From Antedon mediterranea (taxonomy: Eukaryota; Animalia; Echinodermata), in NCBI RefSeq assembly GCF_964355755.1, contig NC_092679.1:11825432-11889431 (forward strand): a stretch of DNA of 64,000 nt, written 5' to 3'. The notes below the pieces were generated by a model. It saw only the letters and a list, made by a program, of their open reading frames with translations, was not told where the DNA came from and ran no database searches. The position numbers and the translations under genes are program-made. This document shows positions 37,062 to 51,200 of the stretch, piece after piece; position 1 is the stretch's first letter, and each line of letters begins with the position of its first letter.

Positions 37062-37230
37062 TTGTTTGAAGGTTTGCATGGCGAAATCAAATGTTTGCGG
37101 TGCACCACGTATATTAGTTCTGAAATGAGTTTCTTGACGTTTCGATCAATATGCTTTGATCGTCCGGAGTGAGAATGCAGAAAGTCCAGGAAACTGGGAT
37201 TATAAGTGGAATAGAGTGGGACTGGTGTAA
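37062..37230 (-). mobile_element. Penelope-like pLTR fragment with a degenerate hammerhead ribozyme; second, rearranged copy at ~48694-48798
   Basis: Minus strand CACTCCGGACGATCAAAGCATATTGATCGAAACGTCAAG shows a stem II (GATCAA/TTGATC) and GAAAC, but the CUGANGA core is damaged. The same sequence blocks recur at 48694-48798. Confidence 0.6.
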
Positions 37231-39257
37231 AAGTTTAAAACAATAGCAATTTCACACAGTGGGAGGAATTGAAAACGTTTCATCCTAAATTTGTACGCCG
37301 ACATCTTTTATCGTCGTTTATCATTATGAAAGCGTTTCACCATCGATGTACGTTGACATCTTTTGTCGACTTCACAACCGTTTCAAGCATCAATATCATA
37401 GTCGTATTTCATCATTCCCGTCGTTATCATGGTTTTTTCATTATAACTGTCTCACTCATAATTTGGCCGTGGTAAAGCAAAACTAAATTTTTCGTCCATT
37501 ATTTTTTTAAGCTAAATTGTACAAACCTGATAAAATCACAGTTTATGTATTGTTGATCTAAAATAGTTGTTGTACTGTGCAATGCTGTGTGTTGCTTGTA
37601 AGCTCAGCAATTTGAAATGAAAGCTTTTTATAAAATTAATTAATATAAGAAATGTTTTTAAAAATGTATTATTAACATTATTATACAGTATGAAATGCAA
37701 ATTTAATTACGTCGTAAACATTTGTTCCAAAATAATAATAAAAAAGCAGTATTATGATTGTTATTGTTTTTACTCTGGTAGGACTAGAAACCACGACATC
37801 TGGCCATTAGTAAAATAATTATAAAGCTTTGTCATCAGACAATGAGTACAAGTGTAGCATCCACGTAATGGTCATTGGAATAGCGTTATGGAGATAGACA
37901 TTATTTTTACCCAGTCAGTTTCAACAATTGACTGAGTCCTGTTTTTTAGCCGTTTATTTTCTTTCTACAAACGCTTTAAAATGCTCCTAGTTGCGAACGA
38001 CTGGTCTAGTATGACTGGCACCACACATTTCATGGAATTATAATTAGAATGTCGCGAAGGGGTGTAATTTTAAGTTTTCCTAGCTTAATAGCTTCGAACA
38101 TTTTCTGTATACACTGGTTTATGTAATGTAGAATGACATTAAAGAAAACATATCATTATTCAATTAGTTTTCCTCATGGTCTGAGGGCAAAGCTTTATAG
38201 TTTTTCACGCATGTGACAAGCAGTCAGTTGGATATTTTTAAATAGATCTTTCAAAAAAAGAAAATCTTATGTTTTATAAACATAGAAGCTAGGTAAAATT
38301 ATTCGATGATTAGAGGAAAATTTAACAGTTATTTGATCATGGAGCTGATTTAAATCAAAATTCCTCAATAAAAAATGCATTGGTGGTTCAATCTCCAACT
38401 GACTGTGTTCATGTTCTACAATATAGTAGCTCTAGTTATTATCATCACCGATGTGTTGAAATGTGAATATGCTAACACGTTTGTGAAAAAACGGCCATAT
38501 GTTTTCTTTATTTTAGGCCTAATACATTTATTCTATACATTGAAAAAATACTCTGTTTGTATCGTTATAAAATTAGAATATAGCATTCAATATAATATAT
38601 CTGATATTCTACTTATAAATATGTGACAATAATATTTATCGGTATCTTTAGTTTAAAACACATACCGTACTGAGTTGAAATCTATAATTCACACGAATAA
38701 AGAAAATACGATATATAGAACCGCAATCCCAAATACAAAGTAAAATGTTATAAATACTGACCTACATTGGTTGGTTACGTTACATCATTAATTTACATTG
38801 TTAATCATTCTTTATACTTTTAGTTTTAATTTTTTGGACGCATCACATAAGTGATTACGTTTGCCACGCTAGTTTATTACTCACAATTCCAATTCATTTC
38901 CTAATAATTATCTTAGTGCTAAAACTGAGTCTACATAAAATGTTTTCATCAATAAAAAATACTCTCAATATTAAACTCATAAACATTAATTGTTTCTATA
39001 CCATTGAACTCTGTAACATTTTCTTGCATATTTATCAATTCCTGAGTTAAACACACATACACTCGATAATATAAAAATAAATGAATACTTTCAATGATAC
39101 AATTCATATAATCATAATTTAGCTATCACTAATCTATAAGCATCTATATAAATATAAACAAATCTGAAGCAAACTTATTAGGCTTCTAGCATAGCATGAC
39201 TATAAAGGTTAATTCAAGTTTTTTTTCTTTCTAAACGTTTTACCATCACCAGATCAT

Positions 39258-42200
39258 TCAGTACATGTGGTGATTCTCGTTTACACTTGAGTTATTGTCC
39301 TCTGCACTGACTTCATCGTCCTTAAAACGATTCTATTAAAATATAAAAAAATAATATATATTTATTCATGGTGGAATCTTAATAATCTTTATTAGTCTAG
39401 TTACTAGAATATTTTTGGTAGTATATATAAATTAATTATACATATTTAATTAAAAAAACAAAGTAAATATATTGGAAGTAATTAAACGAGATAAAATGTT
39501 AATAAATCAAATTAACTATTGTACTTACCATTGATACATCGTGTGCTTTGTTAACGAACCCACTTGCAACATACGGGTTCAGAAAACCATTCTTATCATT
39601 TATACTGCGAGAACGATCATCAAAGCTCTAATGTGACAAAAATAAAAAATAATTGAGTATTTCAGCTGGTAGTAAACTGGTATGTAGGCTACAATATCTT
39701 AATTTAGAGAGCAATCGTAATAGGAGATGTGAGTTAAGACCAACATGGACATTCAAATTTCTAAACTTCAAATGTTTAAACACTTTTTTAAAAGTGTTTA
39801 AACAACTGTTCATTTTTCTTTGCTTATAAATGTGAGAGCTTTAAATTCACAAGTCAGAAAAAAGGGTTGTCTTTTAGGACAAATAAAGATAATAACAAAT
39901 AATTTGTCTTACAAGACTTGACTCCTCACGAAGATCATAACCATTTTCCGCAAGAGGTGGGTTATAAAACACAGGTGCTATTGCAGGCGATGCTCTGACA
40001 ATCGTTGGTGTACCACCAATAATTCGATGGTCATCATCATCATAGAGAGCACCCTTTCGATGACGACGTCTTGCGCCTAAGAGCCAGCAACAGAATCCAG
40101 CGAGTATTATGAATACAAATATAAATGCAGCCACGGAGCCTAGAACCACGCCAATCACACCGAAATCATCGCCTGTAAGAGGATGATTGCATATCAGTTA
40201 TTGTGATATTTTACATGCATTGTACTCAATAATGTTTGTTTTTATTTAGGTTCACAACACTTTTACAAAAATAAAATACATTTCTAAACAAAATAGGCCT
40301 ATAGGCCTATGTCTGTTTTATTTTGTTTTAGACAGGGTTTTGTAGACAATTGTCTACTCCGTATGTAAACTATACTCATTGTTACCAATCTATATCTGAT
40401 TATTCAATTCATACAAATAGAGCGAAACAATCACAACTCTTATGTACCTTTTTCTGGTTTAACTTCCACTTCGCAATAGTCACCCGTGTACGCATCTGCA
40501 CATCTAAAAGATAATATATGAACACTGTACACTGTGTACTACAGCAAAGTAGTAACTTTATATTTATAAACTCTATATCATAACGCTTGGTTTATCCAAG
40601 TTAATTCTTAATGCATCAATTATTGAAGCACCCGATTGGGTTGTTACTCTAGTAAATTACATTAATAAATTACTCTATTCCAACATTCTATCAATATGGG
40701 ATTCATTCTTGCAATGATATAAGTATTAATCAATGTACAATTAAACAACATTGTCTAGATCTGAGTAATGAAACAACCCCTCTGTGTAGAAATGTATATA
40801 TACAGATTAAAGGTGAATCATTATATTTTAAGAAATGGATTGAATCTGGAATGATTACAATTGAAGACATAGTAGGCCTATCTTCAAAAGAGAAGATTAT
40901 ATAATAAGTTAATGAAGAAACATAATATATTAGAGTACTATTGTATTAACAAAGCTATTCCTAAAGATTGGTTCAGACTGTGTCTGTGTAGAAAATAATA
41001 ATATAGAGGGTGTCTAGAAAACTCAGAACTAGAAAACTCAGATAAGACTTTTCTAGATCTAGAAAACTCAGATATCAATATCTGGGTTTTCTAGTTCCAA
41101 AATGGAACTAGAAAACTCAGATCATCATATGATTGGTTGGTAGGTCATTTGGATCATTCCATTATTAATCAGAAGGTAGGTCATTTGAAATAGGCCTACT
41201 AGAGTATTATTTATTATTATTGAAACTGGTTACTGTGTACGTTTTCTTACTAATATTGTAACATGTAGAAGCGGCCTACGACTTAAATCATAAAGAAAAT
41301 ACAGTGCACGTTACAGTTAAAATGTAGGCTTAAAAAGTAGGTATGTACGAGTTGGTGTGGGTACGAGATGGTTGAGGTACGAGTTAGCCAAGTTGGGAAT
41401 AGGTACGAGTTATTTTGGGTACGAGCTTAGCTAGGCTCGGCCTAAATGCTAAGCCTATATTTTTAAAGGTGTATACTGTATTTCTTTATGATTTAACATA
41501 GGCCGCTACTAAAAGTTACAATAATAATTATTATTAGTAAGAAAACGTATAATACTGTAGTATTTCAAACAAGCTACCCTCTGATAATAATGGAACGATC
41601 CATTTGATGATCTGGGTTTTCTAGTTCCATTCCATCAATATCTGAGTTTTCTAGATCTAGAAAAGTCAGATATCTGAGTTTTCTAGATCTAGAAAAGTCA
41701 GATATATCTGAGATCTGAGTTTTCTAGATCTGTGGTTTCTAGACACCCTAATATATATAAATTAAAAATTAAGGAATCAGAATGTATGTTTAAATTGTTA
41801 CATAAGATTCTACCTACTAATGACAAATTAATGTATTGGAAAAATAAAAACTTTAAAGATTGTGAAAATTGCAAGATAACTGAAAATGAAGTTCATCTTT
41901 AGGAAAAAATTAAGATAGCGGTAGCCCTTTGGAACAAAATATGTTGTTAATTTAAGAATTTTAATCTTACTCATTTTAACTTTAATTTATTAACCAAAGA
42001 GACGCTTTATATTAATCTACGTTTGTAGATACTCAAGTCTATTCGTATTTTCATATTTCATCAGAGCATATTCCATTATCGTAGCTCGAATAGATTCCAA
42101 GCAGACTTACAGTATTCACTATCAGAGAATAAAATTGCGCTACCATTTTCCACTTATAATATTGAATAGTTGAACATTTCATTCCCTACGCGATTTCATT

Positions 42201-45200
42201 TTCCCCTCATTTTTTATTTACAATCAATCATTGTAACCTTTACAACTATATCATTAAATTATAACTTTAAATTAAATAACTTACGTGCACATGCTAGCAT
42301 ATGTGTCCTGGTTTATTGAACATGTACCTCCATTCAAGCAGAAATTCGGCTGACATATTTCTGGTAAAACAGCAATTTATTTTAGTTTGACAAATTTGTA
42401 ACTGGATTGTATCAAAATAATAACGTTGTAATTGTAATATTTATTGCCATCCATATAAAAAAAGAAGACAGATCAAACAATTTGTACAACAATAACACAA
42501 TAAAAATAAGTTACATATATGGAATAGCAGAGGATAACCCTTTAAGCTCAAGGGCTTGTTTCAGAAGGGGTCCTCAACATAAAATTATATTAACGTAAAA
42601 ATTCAAATATGAAGTATGATAATTATAATTTAGATATTATACAGATATTTTATAAGTAAAAGGTTTTAGAAAATATAAATTTGTAAATAACTTTGCTAAA
42701 GATGATAACAGTAGGCCTATTATTAATATTGATATACTTTCTACCAAATTTAACTTATAATTCTATTTCAAGCACCACTTGTGATACACACAATTTACAG
42801 TATTACAGAATTTTCCTATGGTACTAGGCCAAATAGTGTCGTATGGAGATCCAGCACTGAGCATCAGGTAGGAAATATTTACATTTAAAAATGTACTGTA
42901 GAAAGGATACATACCTTCTATAACTTGATATGATTCTGGTTCCAAATCTAGAATAGACTCAGCAAGCATGCCGTCATTAGCAACATTATCAAAAAATATG
43001 TCATTTACATCTGGTGCTGTCGTATTTGATTCATAATCAAACTGAACAACATACTGTACTTTTATACTTCCACTGGAAAACCCAAAAACATACACTCCGG
43101 TAAAGCCTGTTAATACTTGAAACACTCCAGTGAGTGCCTCAATCACTTTATTTTCCAAATCTAAATATTCTGCTGATGTTGAATCTGTATAAACTGCCGT
43201 AAATATTGCAGTGGCTTCTCCAATTTCAGCAATAGCAAATTCACCAGTAATTTCTTTGGATACTAGTGGAAGAAATATAAATGTACCGTACTTTAAATTA
43301 GTATTCTAACATGCATATGATATCTAAAAATTACGATAACTTTATGTAATGGTAGGCTGAAAGTGTAGTTGGGTTAATGTGTATCATTTGAATGGCCAGC
43401 ATAAACTCAAAACTCTCGATTTTACTAGGCGGGAGTGCGCCGAGCTTTCAGCGAATGGAAAATGTATCCTCTTCAATATAAAAATAAAAAAAATATAAAA
43501 CATCCATCATTTGTTTTATAGCACACACCTACAGTTTTAAACTAAACTTTAAATTATCCTTTGATTTCATAATTTAATAAAGTCGTTCAGAATAACTGGT
43601 TTTCAACCACAGAGAAGAGCAGTTATACACGCTATAGATTGTTAAAAACAGTCACCAGAAAATGTACACAAACAATATTTAAAAAAGGTAAATATAACCA
43701 CTTACAAGAACTATTAAATATCACTTTACCATGCACTAGAACTAAATACAGAACGGTATTGATACTAAATTAACCAATAAGATAGTAAGAACACAACAAC
43801 AATATAAAATATTATATATCTTTTAACTTTAAAAATGAATGTTATACTTACAGACGCAAACAGAACCTTTGAGATGAAAGCCTGGTTGACATTGGCATGA
43901 GTAACTTCCGTACGTGTTTTTGCAAATAAGATCATTGTCGCATATACTACTGTCAGATGATGTGCATTCATCCACATCTAGAAATGTAAGCATAAATTAA
44001 TTAAAGTCAAGTTAACAAGTCAAGAGTCGATGGCACAACATCAGTGCATTGTATTGCATACAACGTGCGCGTGCATCATTGAATGTGTCTATACTTAGTG
44101 TTTTTCTGCTTGCACATAATCATTTAAAAAATTATTATTAACCTCTCTATCTTGATTGTACAACTGTAGAAATACAATAGTTAATTTTCCAACCTGTTTG
44201 GCACAAATCTCCGGTCCAACTTGATGAACAGGAACATTCATAACTATCTTCAACTCTTGTACACACACCTCCGTTTAGACATGTGACTACTGCACATTGT
44301 CCATTTCCTGAGTATCACAAAATCATGTTGAAAATATTACTGGGGCAATTTTATTGGTAAGAGACAAATATATTGACATTCTGCAATAATCGAGAACAAA
44401 ACCTACCAATATAAAAAGCGCCGCCTTGGACTTTATTACCAGTTGGAAGGGTACCGTCATTAAGTACTGCATTCAAAACGGATTCTACATCAGCTTCAGT
44501 AACAGACGATCCTTCTTTAAATACGAGTGCATAGTCAACTACGACATCGTTGTTGTCATCAAAAGAATAGCCATTAATAGTAACACCAACTATACTAGAT
44601 GCAAGTTCACTCTGTCTTAGAACATCTTCAATCTAAATATAATATAAAAAAAATTCCTATGATATTCTGCAGAATAAGAATGAAAACGACAATAAATAAT
44701 ATTCTATCGATTTGAAATTAATCATAAGTACAATTTAATTAAGAAAATTTGGATCAGTATACTATTTTCAGAACTAATCAATAATATTGTTTTTTTATTC
44801 GATTAATCCGCTTATTTTATGAGATTATGGAGAATAATATCGTGAAAGAAAGACTTTCTATTCAACGAGGCGGATCCGAGTTATATAGCACAGTCATGCT
44901 TATAATAAATGAAAATATTTATCCTATTCAACAAGCATTTGTTAGTCAAAATTAGGCAAACCCAATTTGTGTTTTTTATAATATGTAACATTTGGGTTAT
45001 GGGGAAGTGAGACAGGTGCAAAGAGGCACAATTTTTAATTACTGTAAATTCTTTATCCACTCAGTAACGAAATTTGTTTGTTTTCAGTAAAATATTTGCG
45101 ATGTAATACTTTGTTAAAACTGTCATCGTCATTAGTCGATTGAAATTAAAATAGAATGTAATGATTACTAGAAAACAAATAGACGGTTTGGACTTGTTTT

Positions 45201-48200
45201 TGAACAGCCAACAATCACCAGCCTCCGCGTCGCGCAACATCAACATCTTTATAAAAAAAACTGAACGTACAATATGCACATTTAACAGAACCATCAATTT
45301 TTTTTAATAAGGAATATATATTTCCTTATTTAAAAAAATTACTTATTAGTTAGTATATTTGCATTTGTGTAATTATTAATCTCTGATATGTACTTACATC
45401 CTCTTGCAGTCCTGATAGAATATTTGCAGAATCGTCTTCTGAAAAACCTCCAGTAATTCCACCAATGGAATTGAAAGTTGTGCTACCTTTTATCTCACTG
45501 GTAACTATGTCAGTTAGGAAAACAATTTTAGATACATTTAATGTAAATTTTTCTTTAGTAGTCAATTATTACGTCAATTACATACGATTAAAAACGACTG
45601 ATATAAAACTTACAAGAATATAGCGATATTGTCAAAGTGAATGAACACGTAGCCATGTTGCTATTTTCATCAGTCGCTGTGTAAGTTACGATGTACTGCC
45701 CTGGGGTCAGACGATCACCAACATTGATATTGGATTCTAAAGAAACAGCTCCTGCATTGTCAGTCACTGTCGGTATGTCCCAGTGCACAAGTGCCGTCGA
45801 AGAGGAATCAAGAACATATGAGCTCTGACTGGATGGACAACCACTAATTGATGGCTTCTCATTATCTACAATTAAATGAAGTTAAATTTTTTTTACTGAA
45901 ACCTTAAATGTAAGCCTAATATTTTTCCTTTAAATTGTAGGCTGCATTTTTAAAAATTAATATTTATTAGTGTACATCAGTTTAAAACTACTACAATAAT
46001 ATAATAATACAATTATTTATAAATATAACTGTTTAAAACAATAATAAAACATATCAGCCACTCTTTAGTTATTCAAATATATTTATGTTTTTGGTGACCG
46101 TTTGTAAATATTTTATATACGAAAAAAAGTCATGCTCATCAGATTCATGAAAATGCATGTTACAATAGATCAAAGGTTGAATTCTCAAAATGTGTTCTGT
46201 CGCTTTACTATTGGCGATATTTCTGACTTAGTCTACAAGTTAGTAAATGAAAATAAATCTACTGTTGACGTACCTACAACCGTTACGCTAAAACTAGCGG
46301 TGGCTGTATTATCGTAATAGTCTGTTGCCGTGTATATGACTTCCCACGTACCAACTTCAAACTCAGTTGGGTTGTTGTAGTTAGCTGTAAGCTGGTACGA
46401 GCCAGAGTTATCTGTAGCTGATGGCCTGCTCCAAGAGACGGTTGCTGTATTCCTGCCAGCTGCTGTCGTGGTAACTATGTCAGCCGGAAGGTCAATTATA
46501 ACTGGTGGAGTTGTGTCTTGTTCTGAAATATCAAATCAGTTTTTTCTAAACAGTTTTCAAATTAAATACTCATTATGGATAAAAGAGTTAAAAATATACA
46601 AAAATTACGGGAAAATAAGGATTAAATTGGATAACAATGGATTCAAATAATTTATATGAAGATTGTAGATTTGCAACAACAAAACAATATTACTGCTTAT
46701 ATTGTAATAATCACGTTGAATAAATGAATATAAGTGGTGGTTGAAGCAACAAAAAAGGACAAAAATATACTCAGCAGTACTGTTATTAGACATTAGCAAA
46801 GTTTGAATGAACTTACCGCTAACAATAACAGAAAAACTACAAGTAACAACGTTATTTAAATCGTCAACAGCAGTGTATGTCACAGTTGTTGAACCGACAG
46901 CAAAAAGCGAGCCTGGGTCATATGTAGATGTCAATGTAAAGCCGGATGATTCATCAATCGATGGCACAGTCCACAATACAGATGTTAAAGATGATGACGA
47001 AAGCGATGCAATAGCAGTTTGATCTTCGGGACATGTGAGACTAATCAGGTCTACGAAGACATTAAACAAAATTGTGAAAAAGATTATTAGGAAAATAGTA
47101 TAGCCTACACTTAGTATTGTCAAGCTTTGATCAGAAAGTAGGACGTTCACTTTCCATAAATAAATTAGGCAATACAGTATTCAAAGAGAGGATAAACAAT
47201 TCTCTAAGATAAAAATAAGGTTAGATGCCTAAAGCCTTTTATCAAAGAAACCATTGACTTCATTCTCTTTTAAAGAAATTTGTATTTTATGACATACGAT
47301 TCAAATAATAATTGTTACTGGGTCATATAATATAAGTTGATTAGTCAGATGGTTGCCTAAGACACAACCTGATAGTCAGCTTCATGCTGATGCCCTCCAA
47401 ATCATACGTAATTGCTAAATAAGGTTAGAGGCAAGTAAAAATGTGATACAACATGTGATAATTAACTTAACTTATGGATTGTAATATTTTTTAATTTGCC
47501 CTCAGAAACAATCAATTATGCATGATAATCAATTGTATATTTTACTAAAATCTCATTACAATTGCAAGGTTAAGATGAAAACAGAACACATTACCAGTTA
47601 CGATAACATTAAAGGTGCAAATCGCTGCATTGCCAGTGCCATCTGTAAAGGTGTATACAACCTCTGTCACGCCTTCAGTAAAGAAATCACCAGGAGAATA
47701 GTTGTTTTCAGTTGTAAACAATCCCGAATTATCTGTTGCTGTAGGTTGCGTCCACAAGACAGCTAATGAATCTGCATCATTTGGAAGCGTTGTACTAATG
47801 TCGCCACTGCATCCATAAATAAATGGTGGTTCTAAATCTTCTGCACCTTTAATTGTTAATAAAAGTGAATTAATTATTATTGTTTTGGCTAATATTACTT
47901 TATAATAATTTTTTTATATAATTTATTTGATACACTGAGAATGGCCATGTAGGAAGAAAAGAAATGGAGTAACGAGTGAAAAAAGGGATCATACACACTA
48001 CTATAAGCTATCAAGATATTGATATGCAATATAATTAGTACACTTTAAATGTTTAATTATAATGCATTTATTTGTTATTTTTATATGTTGGTACAGCTGT
48101 TATTCGTTAAAGGACGATTGATTGGAATTAAATTACAGCCGGAGTGCAAGTTAATATAGTTTGATACAAACGACAGAAAAGGTAGGTATGTATTATGATT

Positions 48201-51200
48201 TTATCTCAGAATAATGGCATACATACGACACTAAGACAGAATATTTAATGTTGCGACTGATCAATAATCTATATATAATCATAACAATTATACTACTTAC
48301 TTTGAATCGTAACAGTAAACTGAGCGGTGGCTGTATTTCCGTATTGGTCTACAAATGTGTATGAAACCGTTGATGTTCCCAAATGGAAAGTTGAACCAGG
48401 GGCTAGATTAGGACCCACTTGAGTTACTGTACCAGATTCATCAGTAGCTGTAGGTTCATCCCAGATCACGGATGTTGATGTCACTCCTAAGTCAACTGTA
48501 ACAACGATATCTTCTGGAGTATTGTCAATGGTTGGTGGTGAATCATCAACTACAAATTAATTTATTTAATATTAAAATAGTACTATATTACTTTCTATAA
48601 AACAGTGGTAGTAGTATTTAATTAAATTCACCGATATATCAATGATTATTATAAAATCACAATTATTAATAACAATAAACGTTGATATAAAGATTGCGGT
48701 ACACAACGTACATTAGTTCTGAAAAGAATTGTTGAGTTTCTCGACGTTTTGATCAATATGCTGTGGTTTGATTTCGCCATGCAAACCTTCAAACAACAAC
48801 GTACTCTTACCTGAAATTGTCACTGTAAACATGTCAATTGCTGTATTCCCAGACGAGTCGGTAGCTGTATACACGACGGTCGTCGCACCAATGGGAAACA
48901 TCTCACCAGGCGTGAACTGTGAGGTTACAGTTGCTGTACCTGAATTATCTGTCGCAACTGGAGTGTTCCAAGTGATGATTACGTCTGATGTTCCAGGTGC
49001 AACAACTCTTTCAATATCAGCCGGAAATGATGTGAACGTCGGGGCTTCTGTATCTGTCTGACCTACACAAAATATACACATAAACCTTGTAGTTCTCCCC
49101 AAGATATGAAATTGAACAAATTAGGATGGACGTGAAATTTACTAATTACAGTACTTGTGTATTTAAACTTAAATAAAAAGTTACTCTTTCTTGGGTAACA
49201 GGCCCATTGTTTAATCTAGTGACGTTCGACTAATAAACGCTGGGCCTATTTGTATTAACACTAAGATCAAAACTAGGGCAAATAATAGAGTAATCCAGCT
49301 AAATGCTACGCATACGTATTTTCAGAACATACCAATTACATTAACCGTGAAAGAGCACACAGCCTGGTTTAAGGACGAGTCCACCGCAGTATAAGTCACA
49401 ACTGTTGTAGTTGTTTGGAACACATCTCCAGGATTATGACTAGCCACGACAACTGGAGTGCCTGAACTATCCGTTGCTGTGGGTGCCGTCCAGGTAACAG
49501 TTGTTGAGGTCTGGCCAAGTGGTGCAATCACTTGAAAGTCAGATGGACATCCAACTATTACTGGTGGATCAGTGTCAACAAATTCCTCTGAAAATGCAGA
49601 TATGTTTATGATAGTAAAGCATGATGTAGGTGTAATAGACAGTGTTGGTTTATTAAATGTATATCAACCTTACCTATGACTACAATATTAAAAATGCACG
49701 CGGCGGTGTTTCCAGACGTATCGGTTGCCGTGTATTCAACAACAGTTGTTCCTAAATTGAAAGTTGATCCAGAAGAGAAGTTTGTATCTAATGACACAGC
49801 ATCACCAGAATTGTCTGTAGCGGTTGGTTCAACCCAAGAGATTGGTAGCGGAATGTTAGCAGAACTTGTTTCTACTGTTATATCGTTTGGACACCCATTA
49901 ATAGTTGGTGCATTGTTGTCTATGAATTCTAAACGAATGAAAGAAAAGCAAAATGTTTTTGTCTGTAACATAATAATCAAAACACATTTACATGGATGAT
50001 GATATTGACGACATATTAAAAATAATGATGTCGACACCGGTATTTTATAACAGATGATTTATTGAATAATTTTAGAAATAATAAAAAAACATAACTAAGG
50101 ATGTAGAAGACATATTGGGTTTTCGATCATTTTCATTATTCTAATAAACCATACTATTGATGCAATGCAGTACAATATTTGCAAAACAAATGAAAACAAA
50201 TTACCTTGTACGGTAACCGTAAATGTACACTGAGCTGAATTTCCAGAAGTGTCAATAGCTATGTAACTGACAACAGTACTCCCGACACTAAATGAAGTAG
50301 ATGGATTGTGCGTTGGCGTAAGTGTCTGAATACCGACGTTGTCAGTGGCAACAGGGTCATCCCATGATACAATCGTTGACGTGATACCCACGCTAACCGT
50401 CTCCAACACATCTTCCGGGCATTCTACCTCTGGTTGTACGTTGTCAATGGGTTCTTTTAATAAAAAAATTTAAAATTATAATTCAAGTTTGGTTGTAACG
50501 TGGACTCAACGCAACAACGACCAGTCACTAGCGACAGTTTGGATAAAACATTCTGTCGTGATTTGTAATATTACTCGCGTTCTAGTGTAAACCAAGCTTT
50601 ACTTGTTTACTCATTGTATAAAAAAGAATAACATATCAGTTACATAAACGGAAAACGAACAGGACGCCATGTTTACTAATTGTATAAAAAAGAATAACAT
50701 ACCAGTTACATCAACGGAAAACGAACAGGACGCCATGTTTCCTGTATCATCTTCAAAAACGTAAGTAACTACCGTTGTGCCTATATTGAATTCATCCCCT
50801 GGTGAGTGTGAATCCGTTACTGATGTGACTCCTTGATCGTCTGTTGCAGTAGGTGGTATCCAGGTAACAACGGCTGATTCTGTTCCTTCAGCTGCTTCTA
50901 CTTGGATGGTTGCTGGACATGATTCCACTACTGGTGACCCATCATCTAGTAATATAATTAAATAAGCCTTAAAAGGAAACTCATCTATTGTGTCTTATTT
51001 TTATTCGGATCATGTTGTGAACGGATTCCTTTCCGTTGTTACGGTTGAAAAAATAGAGAATCTAGAAAAGACCCTAAATTCCATGCTAAGAACTCTCGTG
51101 TTCAGTTCCAACAACCTGGATTTGTTTTACCTACTAATAATTTAAAATAAAATTATCAATAATTAGCAAGTAGAAGGAATTAGCAGTCTAGTCGGTAGTT

